Of a stretch of DNA of 37,889 nucleotides, positions 1-7,557 are shown piece by piece; position 1 is the stretch's first letter, and every line of letters starts with the position of its first letter. A program made the position numbers and the translations under genes. The stretch lies in the IMG/VR virus record IMGVR_UViG_3300045988_047443, positions 1 to 37,889 of that record; one strand, given 5' to 3'. The stretch comes from a virus. The notes under the pieces were generated by a model that was not told where the DNA came from, did not search any database, and was given only the letters and a program-made list of their open reading frames with translations.

Positions 1-55
1 GCTTCGTTTGATTTGTATTTACCCCAACGACACCGCCCACGAAAGATATGTTCTA
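1..55. repeat. Terminal duplication, identical to 37835-37889 (circular closure or assembly overlap)
   Basis: The 55-nt string gcttcgtttgatttgtatttaccccaacgacaccgcccacgaaagatatgttcta occurs at both window ends. Confidence 0.95.
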
Positions 56-290
56 AGCCGAAACCATTGCAATCACCTATATTTAATTTCGCATTTGGTA
101 AGCTTGACCCACTCGCTAAATGTATTTTATCTTCACATGTTTCCAAATACATTGAAAAGATTATGCAGTGGTCAATCGTTTTGCCACTTCGTACCGCACC
201 TTCTGCTACACTTTGCTTGTAATTTAAGGCGGTCTTAATATAATTCTTATGTTTATCTGAAAATTTCCCCCACGGAATCGTTCTAGTCAT
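1..290 (-). CDS. terL: Terminase large subunit, N-terminal part (gene wraps the junction and continues from 37834 downward)
   Basis: ATG at 290 overlaps the terS stop (ATGA). Translation MTRTIPWGKFSDKHKNYIKTALNYKQSVAEGAVRSGKT has a Walker A motif. The frame runs off base 1 and continues in frame at 37834. Total length is 1335 nt. Confidence 0.85.
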   Translation of the reverse strand, partial: MTRTIPWGKFSDKHKNYIKTALNYKQSVAEGAVRSGKTIDHCIIFSMYLETCEDKIHLASGSSLPNAKLNIGDCNGFGLEHIFRGRCRWGKYKSNE

Positions 291-655
291 CATTTCAATA
301 AATCTGCCAAAGGTGTTAAGTCCTCAATCTCATGTGTCATTGTTTGTTCAACCTTTTCTCTCTGTCCAAGCATTTGTTTACCTAACCAAATAAGCATGGT
401 CGTATTTCCTTTTGACGCTTTGTCAAATTGCATACGTCTTAAACTTCTTTTTGAGTGGCTTATACCTCTTTTATATGTCTGACAAAACTTTTCATTTCTT
501 AACAATGTTCTTACTGAACATCCTAGAAAATCTGCAATTTCTTCTTGAGTACATCCAATAGAAGCAAGCTTTTCAACTGCTTCATAATCAATATTTACCC
601 TTGGACGTCCTCCTGCGTGTTTCTCTGCTATTTTAATACCCCCTATAACAATCAT
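290..655 (-). CDS. terS: Terminase small subunit (HTH-containing)
   Basis: 121 aa with HTH-like GCTQEEIADFLGCSVRTLLRN. Lies directly upstream of and overlapping terL. Confidence 0.7.
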   Translation of the reverse strand: MIVIGGIKIAEKHAGGRPRVNIDYEAVEKLASIGCTQEEIADFLGCSVRTLLRNEKFCQTYKRGISHSKRSLRRMQFDKASKGNTTMLIWLGKQMLGQREKVEQTMTHEIEDLTPLADLLK

Positions 656-782
656 ATTGATTCAACTGCTTTTTAAGCCTTTGTAATCTTTTTCTTAAAT
701 CTCTTTTTCTGTATTCTGATGTCGTGTTTTCTAATTCTTCTTCAACGCTTTTCATTTGGCGTAAATGTTCTTCTCTAGACAT
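642..782 (-). CDS. Small charged coiled-coil ORF (46 aa), hypothetical
   Basis: ATG at 782 overlaps the radical SAM stop. Translation MSREEHLRQMKSVEEELENTTSEYRKRDLRKRLQRLKKQLNQYDCYRGY. Below the ORF-track size cutoff. Confidence 0.3.
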
Positions 783-2082
783 GTCTTGCTTCTTCTGTTT
801 CAAGTTCTGTAATCTCCTCTGTTCTTTTTAAGAATGTTACTGAATTATCATATTCGTAAATGATGTCATTGTTTTCATCAAATCCTACAGGCTTTAAGAC
901 TTTTTCAAAAATCTTATAAGGCGATTGTCCTGCTTTTGGTGAATTCCATAAATAATGCAAATAATCTTTCATTGTCATTCCTGCATATTTTGCTCTAGTT
1001 TCTGATGTATTTGTATTAAAACCAATTGCTTTGTTACGTTCAAAATCTAAGAAGTACATATCCTTTTCAATATCTTTCCAATGTACTCTTCCATGTTTCT
1101 TTGCAATTTGTAAAGCTCCACTAAAATTTCCTCTTGAGTAATCCCAATTCTTGTCTAATGCGCAACAACAACAATTATTCGAGCATTCTTTAAAGTGTGC
1201 GTCTGATACATAGAACCGCATGCCTAATTCATCACATAGCTCTTTCATCTTTTGAATGTATTTAGCCTTTACTTTTCTATTCAGTCTTAAATATCCACTT
1301 CCATTTGAATGTTTTCTATAGAAATCTACAATATCAAATCCTGCACATTCACTAATAACATCATAATGCTCCTTAGCTTGTTTAATAGAGCGCATTTCTA
1401 AGCAAAAGAACTCTGTAGTAACCGCAGTAGCTCCTGCCTTTTTGGCTTCTCTAATTAAATCTAGATAGGTTTTATCTGATACTCCTACAATAAATGGTCG
1501 CAATCTTAAAGTTGCACCACCTTTTGATAGTTCAGTATACTTTTTCATTGCTTCAAGTCTTTTTCTTGGACTTGGTACACCTACTTCAATTTTTCTTGCG
1601 TCCTCTTCATCTAGTGTGATAATACTAAACTTAACATTCCAATTGTCTGCACCTTTGAATAATTCTTGATATTTAGGGTCGTTAAATACCCATGCCGATT
1701 TCGTACTAAAACAGATAGGATAGTTAATAGATTTCATATACTTAAGCATTTCATAGGTTTTACCATATTTCTTTTCATATCCGTCGAATTGGTCTGATAA
1801 TCCACCATATTGAATAGGGCGTCTGTCTTTAATGTATTTATAGAATTGTGATTTTGTATCTTCTCCACTGAAAATTTTTTTGCATTTCTCAACATTGATA
1901 CATTTCACATCTTTATTAAGATATGCTTCTTTACTTGCACCAATGCCTCTTTGATATTGGCTAAAACAATAAACACATCCAAATGAACAGTTGGAATATG
2001 TATCAAATGTTACTGGTAATGAGCAATCTGCGATTTCTCCTGTCCATCTTGGTGATTGATAAGTCTCACTAATTTTATTCAC
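775..2082 (-). CDS. Radical SAM enzyme (SPL/DNA-photolyase-like class is a guess)
   Basis: CSFGCVYC is a CX3CX2C motif near the N-terminus. A second Cys cluster is ECSNNCCCC. GTG start 7 nt after GGAGGA. Confidence 0.75.
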   Translation of the reverse strand: MNKISETYQSPRWTGEIADCSLPVTFDTYSNCSFGCVYCFSQYQRGIGASKEAYLNKDVKCINVEKCKKIFSGEDTKSQFYKYIKDRRPIQYGGLSDQFDGYEKKYGKTYEMLKYMKSINYPICFSTKSAWVFNDPKYQELFKGADNWNVKFSIITLDEEDARKIEVGVPSPRKRLEAMKKYTELSKGGATLRLRPFIVGVSDKTYLDLIREAKKAGATAVTTEFFCLEMRSIKQAKEHYDVISECAGFDIVDFYRKHSNGSGYLRLNRKVKAKYIQKMKELCDELGMRFYVSDAHFKECSNNCCCCALDKNWDYSRGNFSGALQIAKKHGRVHWKDIEKDMYFLDFERNKAIGFNTNTSETRAKYAGMTMKDYLHYLWNSPKAGQSPYKIFEKVLKPVGFDENNDIIYEYDNSVTFLKRTEEITELETEEARHV

Positions 2083-2131
2083 CTTATATCCTCCATTTTC
2101 TTTTAATAATTAAGCTATTGCATAATAGATG

Positions 2132-2713
2132 TTATTCATGCATTAATTCCTTGATGTCGTAGCACACTTTTAATTCAGTTACCTGTAAAAGTTTCTCTAA
2201 GAATAGTTGTTCTTCCTCTGTTTCATATGTAATGATTACACGTTGCTTTTTTAGCATTTCTTCTGAATGTTCGCTAAATGCGTCCATAAGCTCATTGTCA
2301 TATCCTTCTGCTTCCATATCCTCAGTTAGTGCACTAATTTCAAAATCACCGAATCCGAAATCTCTCATGTCGATTCCGTCAATTTCTTCAAGCTCTTCCA
2401 TTTCTGTCTTTAATGCGTCTAAATCCCAAGAAGCTTTTTCTGCCGTCTTATTATCTGCAATTCTAAATGCTTTTACTTGCTCATCCGTTAAATCATCTGC
2501 AACCACACAAGGAACAGTTTCTAAGCCTAATTCTTGACTAGCTTTATATCGTGTATGACCTGCAACAATCACTCCATTTTTATCAATAACAATAGGGACT
2601 TTGAAACCGAATTCCTCAATAGAGTTTTTAACAAATTTCACTGCTCCATCATTGATTCTAGGGTTATTCTCATAAGGCTTTAGCTCATTTAATCTTTTTT
2701 CAACAATATTCAT
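2132..2713 (-). CDS. ParB N-terminal domain (ParB/Srx-like nuclease) protein
   Basis: ATG at 2713 preceded by AAAGGAGGG. Motifs LKPYENNPRIND and VIVAGHTRYKA are typical of the ParB-like nuclease domain. Confidence 0.7.
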   Translation of the reverse strand: MNIVEKRLNELKPYENNPRINDGAVKFVKNSIEEFGFKVPIVIDKNGVIVAGHTRYKASQELGLETVPCVVADDLTDEQVKAFRIADNKTAEKASWDLDALKTEMEELEEIDGIDMRDFGFGDFEISALTEDMEAEGYDNELMDAFSEHSEEMLKKQRVIITYETEEEQLFLEKLLQVTELKVCYDIKELMHE

Positions 2714-2733
2714 TATTTTCCCTCCTTTTAAAC

Positions 2734-2979
2734 TCATAGAGCGTCATTTACATTTAGACAAGTATTTGTATTCTTGATGTATTCATCAACGTATAATTCA
2801 TTTTTATCACCGTTATACGTTACCTCATAATAATTATCCGTGCTCATAGCACTAATTAATGCTTTATTGTTTTGAAGCACTCTAACCATCCATACAACGA
2901 ACATTTCACTGATTGCAATATTTGGATTTACTTGAAATACTGCTTTCATTGCTAATTCTTGAAATTCTTTTGAACCCAT
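2734..2979 (-). CDS. Hypothetical protein
   Basis: 81-aa ORF. AAGGAGGAGAAT precedes the ATG. Confidence 0.6.
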   Translation of the reverse strand: MGSKEFQELAMKAVFQVNPNIAISEMFVVWMVRVLQNNKALISAMSTDNYYEVTYNGDKNELYVDEYIKNTNTCLNVNDAL

Positions 2980-2997
2980 ATTCTCCTCCTTATTATT

Positions 2998-3021
2998 AAA
3001 AGAACCGAGACAAACGCTCGG
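2998..3021 (-). terminator. Rho-independent terminator downstream of the tRNA-like gene
   Basis: Minus strand CCGAG-CGTTTGT-CTCGG followed by TTCTTTT. Confidence 0.6.
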
Positions 3022-3104
3022 TAATATATCAAAGCCTAATTGTATGCCATTGTTGGTATTTAATATCTAATTTGGGAAGGACTTACTGATAGGCTTTGTA
3101 ATCA

Positions 3105-3180
3105 TGGTTGCAGGAGAAGGAATTGCACCGTTCGACCTCTAGCTAATAAGACTAGTGAGCTACTACTGCTCTATCCTGCT
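3105..3180 (-). tRNA. tRNA-like gene, anticodon TAT (reads ATA), initiator-tRNA-like features, encoded CCA
   Basis: Cloverleaf AGCAGGA/TA/GAGC-AGTAGTA-GCTC/A/CTAGT-CTTATTA-GCTAG/AGGTC/GAA(C)GG-TGCAATT-CCTTC/TCCTGCA/A/CCA. Has an A1-A72 mismatch, A73 and A11:T24. The T arm (bulged C, TGC) and D loop (no GG) are non-canonical. Confidence 0.6.
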
Positions 3181-3197
3181 AAAACAATTATTACATG

Positions 3198-3220
3198 AAA
3201 AAATGCTCACATTGTGAGCA
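3198..3220 (-). terminator. Terminator hairpin at the end of the activator gene
   Basis: Minus strand TGCTCACAATGTGAGCA followed by TTTTTT. Overlaps the stop codon of 3207-3533. Confidence 0.55.
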
Positions 3221-3533
3221 CTTTCTTTAAGTTTTTATTTATTTTTCTTGGGATTTCTTCTCTTGCATAACCTACAATATTAGATGTCTTTTCTGCACTG
3301 AATCCCTTTATATATCTATACTCAATCATTGTCCTAGTAGTATCGTCAAGTTGGCTTAATTTGTCTTTTACATAGTTCATTCTTCTTGCATAATCTGCAT
3401 GAGCTAAGAATAGCTCGGCTTTTAAAGGATAAATTGCTTCATCCCTTTGTAGCTCTGCTATTCTCTGCTCATAATAAGTGTAGCTTTTACATTCACACAA
3501 GAAGTGTCTTTTAACATCTTCATATGTGCTCAT
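3207..3533 (-). CDS. Sigma-70 region-4-like / ArpU-RinA-type transcription activator (putative late regulator)
   Basis: C-terminal LDDTTRTMIEYRYIKGFSAEKTSNIVGYAREEIPRKINKNLKKV resembles a region 4 HTH. Lies just upstream of the packaging genes. Confidence 0.5.
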   Translation of the reverse strand: MSTYEDVKRHFLCECKSYTYYEQRIAELQRDEAIYPLKAELFLAHADYARRMNYVKDKLSQLDDTTRTMIEYRYIKGFSAEKTSNIVGYAREEIPRKINKNLKKVLTM

Positions 3534-3724
3534 GAACTGTATACCTTATACAATCTATCTTTTAATTCGCCAACTTCACTTCTTAATTTCTTGATTTCTT
3601 TAGCTTGAGTATGAATTGTTTCATCTTTTTCTTTAATCTTTTGAATTAACTCAATATTCTTCCTTCCTAATCTATTGTTTTTAGAAATTAACTCTTTAAT
3701 CCTTTCTTCATAATTCATTTCTAT
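3530..3724 (-). CDS. Coiled-coil hypothetical protein
   Basis: GGAGGTG, then AAATTA, then ATA at 3724. The GTG at 3733 lies inside the SD and the ATG at 3718 is 12 nt away. The start is ambiguous. Confidence 0.5.
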   Translation of the reverse strand: MEMNYEERIKELISKNNRLGRKNIELIQKIKEKDETIHTQAKEIKKLRSEVGELKDRLYKVYSS

Positions 3725-3740
3725 TAATTTCACCTCCGTA

Positions 3741-4328
3741 TTAATTTAATGTCTTTATAAAATCACAATATCGTTTTATATAGCTCCATTTGTTTGAATA
3801 TTTGTAATATTTGCTAGAATGCTCTCCTAAACTTATTTGACTTATCCCTATAACATCTTTACTAGGAATTACTAATACATCTAAAACTTTTTCATCATCA
3901 CTAAGTATGTACAAAATATATATGTCGCAAGTTGGATATATTTTTTCTAAATTGAATGTGTAAAAGCTCCCATTCCTACCTCTGTATAAGGTGCTCGCTT
4001 TTACATCAACTTTTACACATTCATTCACTAAAATATCATACGGATGTTTTGTAGACATTTTAATAGCTTCATATCCTTTGTTCTCTATATAATCCATAAA
4101 TTTCAATTCATATTTTCTGCCGAAATTTGTTCTACTTGGTTTTGATTCCAAATGTAATTCTTTCGCTAAAGGAAACCATAAATTTCTTTTTGAAATTGCA
4201 TTGCCTAATCTTGAATCACCATAATATTCTTCAACTTCTCTTCTTGTAGGCATTCTGTTTAATCCTGTATCAATAATCATTTCTTTGATTTGTGATTTTA
4301 TCTTTTCTTCTGTCCAATGTTCTCTTAT
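3741..4328 (-). CDS. Putative nuclease: homing-endonuclease-associated-repeat-like N-terminus plus PD-(D/E)XK-like core
   Basis: YDILVNECVKVDVKAS is a D...(D/E)xK-like motif. The frame opens after TAA and reads GGAGGTAACTA-ATA at 4328. The ATG at 4280 has no SD. Confidence 0.45.
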   Translation of the reverse strand: MREHWTEEKIKSQIKEMIIDTGLNRMPTRREVEEYYGDSRLGNAISKRNLWFPLAKELHLESKPSRTNFGRKYELKFMDYIENKGYEAIKMSTKHPYDILVNECVKVDVKASTLYRGRNGSFYTFNLEKIYPTCDIYILYILSDDEKVLDVLVIPSKDVIGISQISLGEHSSKYYKYSNKWSYIKRYCDFIKTLN

Positions 4329-4355
4329 TAGTTACCTCCATTTTTTGACAATTTT

Positions 4356-4380
4356 ATTCTATAGTTCGTCAAGCTATAGA
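4356..4380 (-). terminator. Hairpin after ssb (weak terminator or regulatory element)
   Basis: TTCTATAG-N9-CTATAGAA inverted repeat immediately after the ssb stop. Confidence 0.35.
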
Positions 4381-4381
4381 A

Positions 4382-4867
4382 TTACTTAAAAGGTAAATCA
4401 TCTGAAGCAATATTTAATCCGCTTTCAGTATATTCTTGTTGTGCAATTTGTTGAGTTAAGCTCGGTTGTGTATATGTGTTTTGAACGCCGTAAGCGTTGT
4501 TATTTGCTTGGTTTGGATATTGATATGCATTTACATTAGAACTGAAATTTTGCCCATTAGAAACGTTTTTAGGCGGTAATTGCACGTTGCTAGCGACAAT
4601 TTCAGTGATATAAATTCTTTGCCCTTGTTGGTTATCATAATTTCTAACGCTAATTCTTCCTTCAACTGTAACTAAATCACCTTTCTTACAATACATATTT
4701 ACAATGTCTGCCAATTTATTCCATGCCACACAATTAATAAAATCTGTAGTATCATTGTATCCGTTTACTGCTACCGTAAACTTTGCTACGCTATTTCCAT
4801 TTTGTGTTTTTGATAGTTCAACATCTTTTGTTAGATGTCCTGCTATTACTGCTACATTAATACTCAT
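4382..4867 (-). CDS. ssb: Single-stranded DNA-binding protein
   Basis: OB-fold N-terminus MSINVAVIAGHLTKDVELSKTQNGNSVAKFTVAV, a Q/N-rich linker and an acidic tail DDLPF. Confidence 0.9.
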   Translation of the reverse strand: MSINVAVIAGHLTKDVELSKTQNGNSVAKFTVAVNGYNDTTDFINCVAWNKLADIVNMYCKKGDLVTVEGRISVRNYDNQQGQRIYITEIVASNVQLPPKNVSNGQNFSSNVNAYQYPNQANNNAYGVQNTYTQPSLTQQIAQQEYTESGLNIASDDLPFK

Positions 4868-4880
4868 TTATATTTCCTCC

Positions 4881-5276
4881 TCAATCTACAATCTTTCTTC
4901 CACAATTTGGACAATACTTAGGTCTGTAATCGTAAAAGAACCTTTCTCCATCATCTTCATCAATTTCAATTTGTTGATACTCACTCAATACAATTCCACA
5001 ATTAGAACATTCAAATTCATCAATTGAATCAAATTCTGATAAATTAGTACAAGTCTTTTCATCTAGCCATCCAAGCTCTTCTGCTTGTTTATCAATAGCT
5101 TGCAATATATCTTCCTCAATTTTCACTTCCATGTCGGTGTCTATATTAATTTCTTTTTCTGATAAGTCGAACATTATTTCAAAAGTTTCGTATCCAAATT
5201 TTTGAAAATAAGTTATTTTGTTATCTTCTACATTTCTCTTGTATCCTAGTTCTTCAAACATTTCACTCGCAGTCAT
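4881..5276 (-). CDS. Hypothetical protein with C-terminal zinc ribbon
   Basis: CSNCG ... CPNCG pair near the C-terminus. Confidence 0.6.
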   Translation of the reverse strand: MTASEMFEELGYKRNVEDNKITYFQKFGYETFEIMFDLSEKEINIDTDMEVKIEEDILQAIDKQAEELGWLDEKTCTNLSEFDSIDEFECSNCGIVLSEYQQIEIDEDDGERFFYDYRPKYCPNCGRKIVD

Positions 5277-5535
5277 ACGTTTTTATTTCCTCCTTAAGCT
5301 CGTTTATAGCCTTCTTTACATCTTTCAAGTCTAAATCTACGTTAGAAACTAAATCTGCCATACGATTGTTAGAATAGCTCTGTAAAGCCGATTCTAGCGT
5401 TGTATGGTATGAGATAGGCTTTTGTACGTCTATCTCATTCCCTTCTTTATCCTTACCCTTTACGAACGTTACAAGGGCGAATGAACCACCATTAGAAGTG
5501 ATTGCATAATTATTTTGTAAGCTAATCATTTTCAT
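5263..5535 (-). CDS. Hypothetical protein
   Basis: 90-aa ORF in the operon, ATG start. Confidence 0.55.
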   Translation of the reverse strand: MKMISLQNNYAITSNGGSFALVTFVKGKDKEGNEIDVQKPISYHTTLESALQSYSNNRMADLVSNVDLDLKDVKKAINELKEEIKTYDCE

Positions 5536-5542
5536 TCTCCTT

Positions 5543-5842
5543 TTAACTCATTAATTTATTTTTGTAACGATTATCCAATTCTTCCATAACATGCTTTCCA
5601 CCATATAATTTTGAAGCATAAACAATATAGTCTAATTCATCTAGCATACTGTTCATCAAGTCTTTATTTGTACAGACAAATTTAATATTCTTTTGCAAAG
5701 ATAAATAAGTTTGCTCAATTTGTTTATCGATTTCAGAAGCACTGCTTTTATCTAATCTGATAAAAGTATTTATTTTTATAGCCTCTTCTCTTTGCTTTTT
5801 TCTTTCCTTTTCTAAGCTTTTTTTCAATTCTTTATCTGTCAT
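5543..5842 (-). CDS. Hypothetical protein
   Basis: 99-aa ORF, overlaps the upstream gene end. Confidence 0.55.
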   Translation of the reverse strand: MTDKELKKSLEKERKKQREEAIKINTFIRLDKSSASEIDKQIEQTYLSLQKNIKFVCTNKDLMNSMLDELDYIVYASKLYGGKHVMEELDNRYKNKLMS

Positions 5843-6041
5843 TTTTATTCTTTATCCTTTCATCAACTTTTTCTAAGCAATATTCCGTACAATTATCGTA
5901 TTTTAAACATTTGCCAAGCTTATACGCTACACATTTATTTTGTAAGCATTTATGCAGTACTGGCCTTGTAAATGTTCCTTGGCCAACCATCATTGGCACA
6001 ACTTCTTCAGTTGAGGTTAAATCAGGACAAAATTTAATCAT
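5832..6041 (-). CDS. Cys-rich small protein (69 aa)
   Basis: MIKFCPDL... with 7 Cys. The ATG at 6041 overlaps the end of the 6037-6207 ORF. The track ORF 5832-6188 over-extends through a different gene. Confidence 0.5.
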   Translation of the reverse strand: MIKFCPDLTSTEEVVPMMVGQGTFTRPVLHKCLQNKCVAYKLGKCLKYDNCTEYCLEKVDERIKNKNDR

Positions 6042-6207
6042 TTTCTTTCTCCTCAGCAGAATCATCATTAATAATTGCGTTGTATAAGTATTCAATACGT
6101 TCTCTATATTCCTCTTTTGTAATTTCTGATAAAGGCTTTTTGAATCCTGTAGGTAGCAATTTAAATCCGAATTCTTTTTCAAATTCATCTAAATCTTTTT
6201 CTGTCAT
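6037..6207 (-). CDS. Small acidic protein (56 aa)
   Basis: ATGA overlap with the stop of 6204-6416. Translation MTEKDLDEFEKEFGFKLLPTGFKKPLSEITKEEYRERIEYLYNAIINDDSAEEKEND. Confidence 0.5.
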
Positions 6208-6416
6208 ACTTTAACCTCATCATCTGTAGGCATATAGAACGTTAATCCACACTGATTCTCAATAAGTTCTTCAATTCTATCTAGAACCTTCAACGCTTTT
6301 TCTTCAGTTGAATACTTGCCTAGTAACGAACTACCGTCCCATATTTGATTAATATCATCAATATCTAAATTATGAATCTCTGTTAAAATCTTTCTGTCTT
6401 GGCTTCTAATCCACAT
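6204..6416 (-). CDS. Hypothetical protein
   Basis: 70 aa. AAAGGAG precedes the ATG. Confidence 0.55.
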   Translation of the reverse strand: MWIRSQDRKILTEIHNLDIDDINQIWDGSSLLGKYSTEEKALKVLDRIEELIENQCGLTFYMPTDDEVKV

Positions 6417-6418
6417 AC

Positions 6419-6787
6419 TTATTTCTCCTTTTCTGTAACTAATCTCATATTGATTTCTGTTAATTCTTGGATTCTCTTTTTGGCTTCTAAATCCATATAC
6501 GTTTCTAATTCGATTGAATTAAAATAATCATCCATATTGCTTAATCCGTATTTCTCTTGTTCTTCTTTAGTGAATGTAAGGTTGTTCTGATTGTGTCCTT
6601 GTTCATCAAGTACAAATTCGTAATCTTCTTCAGTTGTCCCACCGTTCTGCAAATTCATATATTGGATGTTTCCATCATCATCAAGATACAATCTGTCGTG
6701 TTGGTCAGTACCTACAATGTGAATATATCCTGTTTCTTTGTCCTTTACGTAAATAAGGATTGCTTTTAAATAGTTTGGATTGTACAT
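6419..6787 (-). CDS. Hypothetical protein
   Basis: ATG at 6787, 2 nt after the upstream stop. Confidence 0.5.
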   Translation of the reverse strand: MYNPNYLKAILIYVKDKETGYIHIVGTDQHDRLYLDDDGNIQYMNLQNGGTTEEDYEFVLDEQGHNQNNLTFTKEEQEKYGLSNMDDYFNSIELETYMDLEAKKRIQELTEINMRLVTEKEK

Positions 6788-6788
6788 C

Positions 6789-7304
6789 TCAATACCCACT
6801 TTCTAGTCTTTGATAATTCACTTTGTTCTTGTCACAATAAGCTTCATATACTTGCTCAACCTCGAAGCCTAAATATTCTGTAATTGCGATAAGTGATTCA
6901 ACTCTACTATCTGTAAAAGACGGTAAATCTGTTAAAACATAAACAAATTCTTTTTTTATGTTTTTCAATCCCCAAACATATTGCTTAATGTTTTCACCCA
7001 TTACTTTTTCTTTTCTTAAGCCTTCTTCCCCACTCATGAAGTGATTTTGCCAACTTAGCACAAAATGCCAAATATCAACTAACTCGCCTAAAACCTTTTC
7101 TTTATCAACAGGTGCTTGCGTTTTCTTCCACCAACACCAGTTTCCTTTTAATTCATGAGTCAATTCACCGACTTCATCTAGAATAGCGAAGCACAACTTC
7201 TCTTCATCAATTTCAGTTAATCCGTATTCTTTCATAATTGCTTCATCTAACTTTTCCTGCATTTGAAGCATTTCTTTAATTAAATCGTATTCTTTACTTT
7301 TCAT
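6789..7304 (-). CDS. All-alpha NTP pyrophosphohydrolase (dimeric dUTPase / MazG-like)
   Basis: ILDEVGELTHELKGNWCWWKK ... ELVDIWHFVLS matches the dUTPase_2-type EXXE / D..HF pattern. Confidence 0.5.
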   Translation of the reverse strand: MKSKEYDLIKEMLQMQEKLDEAIMKEYGLTEIDEEKLCFAILDEVGELTHELKGNWCWWKKTQAPVDKEKVLGELVDIWHFVLSWQNHFMSGEEGLRKEKVMGENIKQYVWGLKNIKKEFVYVLTDLPSFTDSRVESLIAITEYLGFEVEQVYEAYCDKNKVNYQRLESGY

Positions 7305-7332
7305 TTGTTTCTCCTTTTTTCTTGTAATCCAT

Positions 7333-7545
7333 TTACTTTACCTCGTTTTTGATAGATTCTATTCTTTTGCTTAGTATATTATTTCGATACTCTAATGTTC
7401 TTATTTTTCTTCTGTATTCTTCATATTTGAAAATACATTTAGTAGCCTTATCCTGTTCTTCTTGAATCCTTTTTCCTACCATTAGGCTATATAGAAGAAG
7501 TGTTGCACCACTTCCACATATAGCTCCACAAATCCAATTAATCAT
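7333..7545 (-). CDS. Small membrane-anchored protein
   Basis: N-terminal hydrophobic segment INWICGAICGSGATLLLYSLMV. Confidence 0.5.
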   Translation of the reverse strand: MINWICGAICGSGATLLLYSLMVGKRIQEEQDKATKCIFKYEEYRRKIRTLEYRNNILSKRIESIKNEVK

Positions 7546-7557
7546 TTAATCACCTCT

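Noticed and set aside
1-55. The terminal repeat as a biological DTR or cos site.
   Set aside because: It lies inside the terL coding sequence, and joining the ends restores the reading frame. That is expected for an assembly or circularisation overlap.
3030-3100. A second tRNA downstream of the first.
   Set aside because: Only one long-range stem and a small hairpin can be drawn. There is no acceptor, D, anticodon or T arrangement and no CCA.
5832-6188. The 118-aa track ORF.
   Set aside because: Its N-terminal half overlaps, out of frame, a better-supported 56-aa gene (6037-6207, ATGA-coupled). The real gene most likely starts at ATG 6041.
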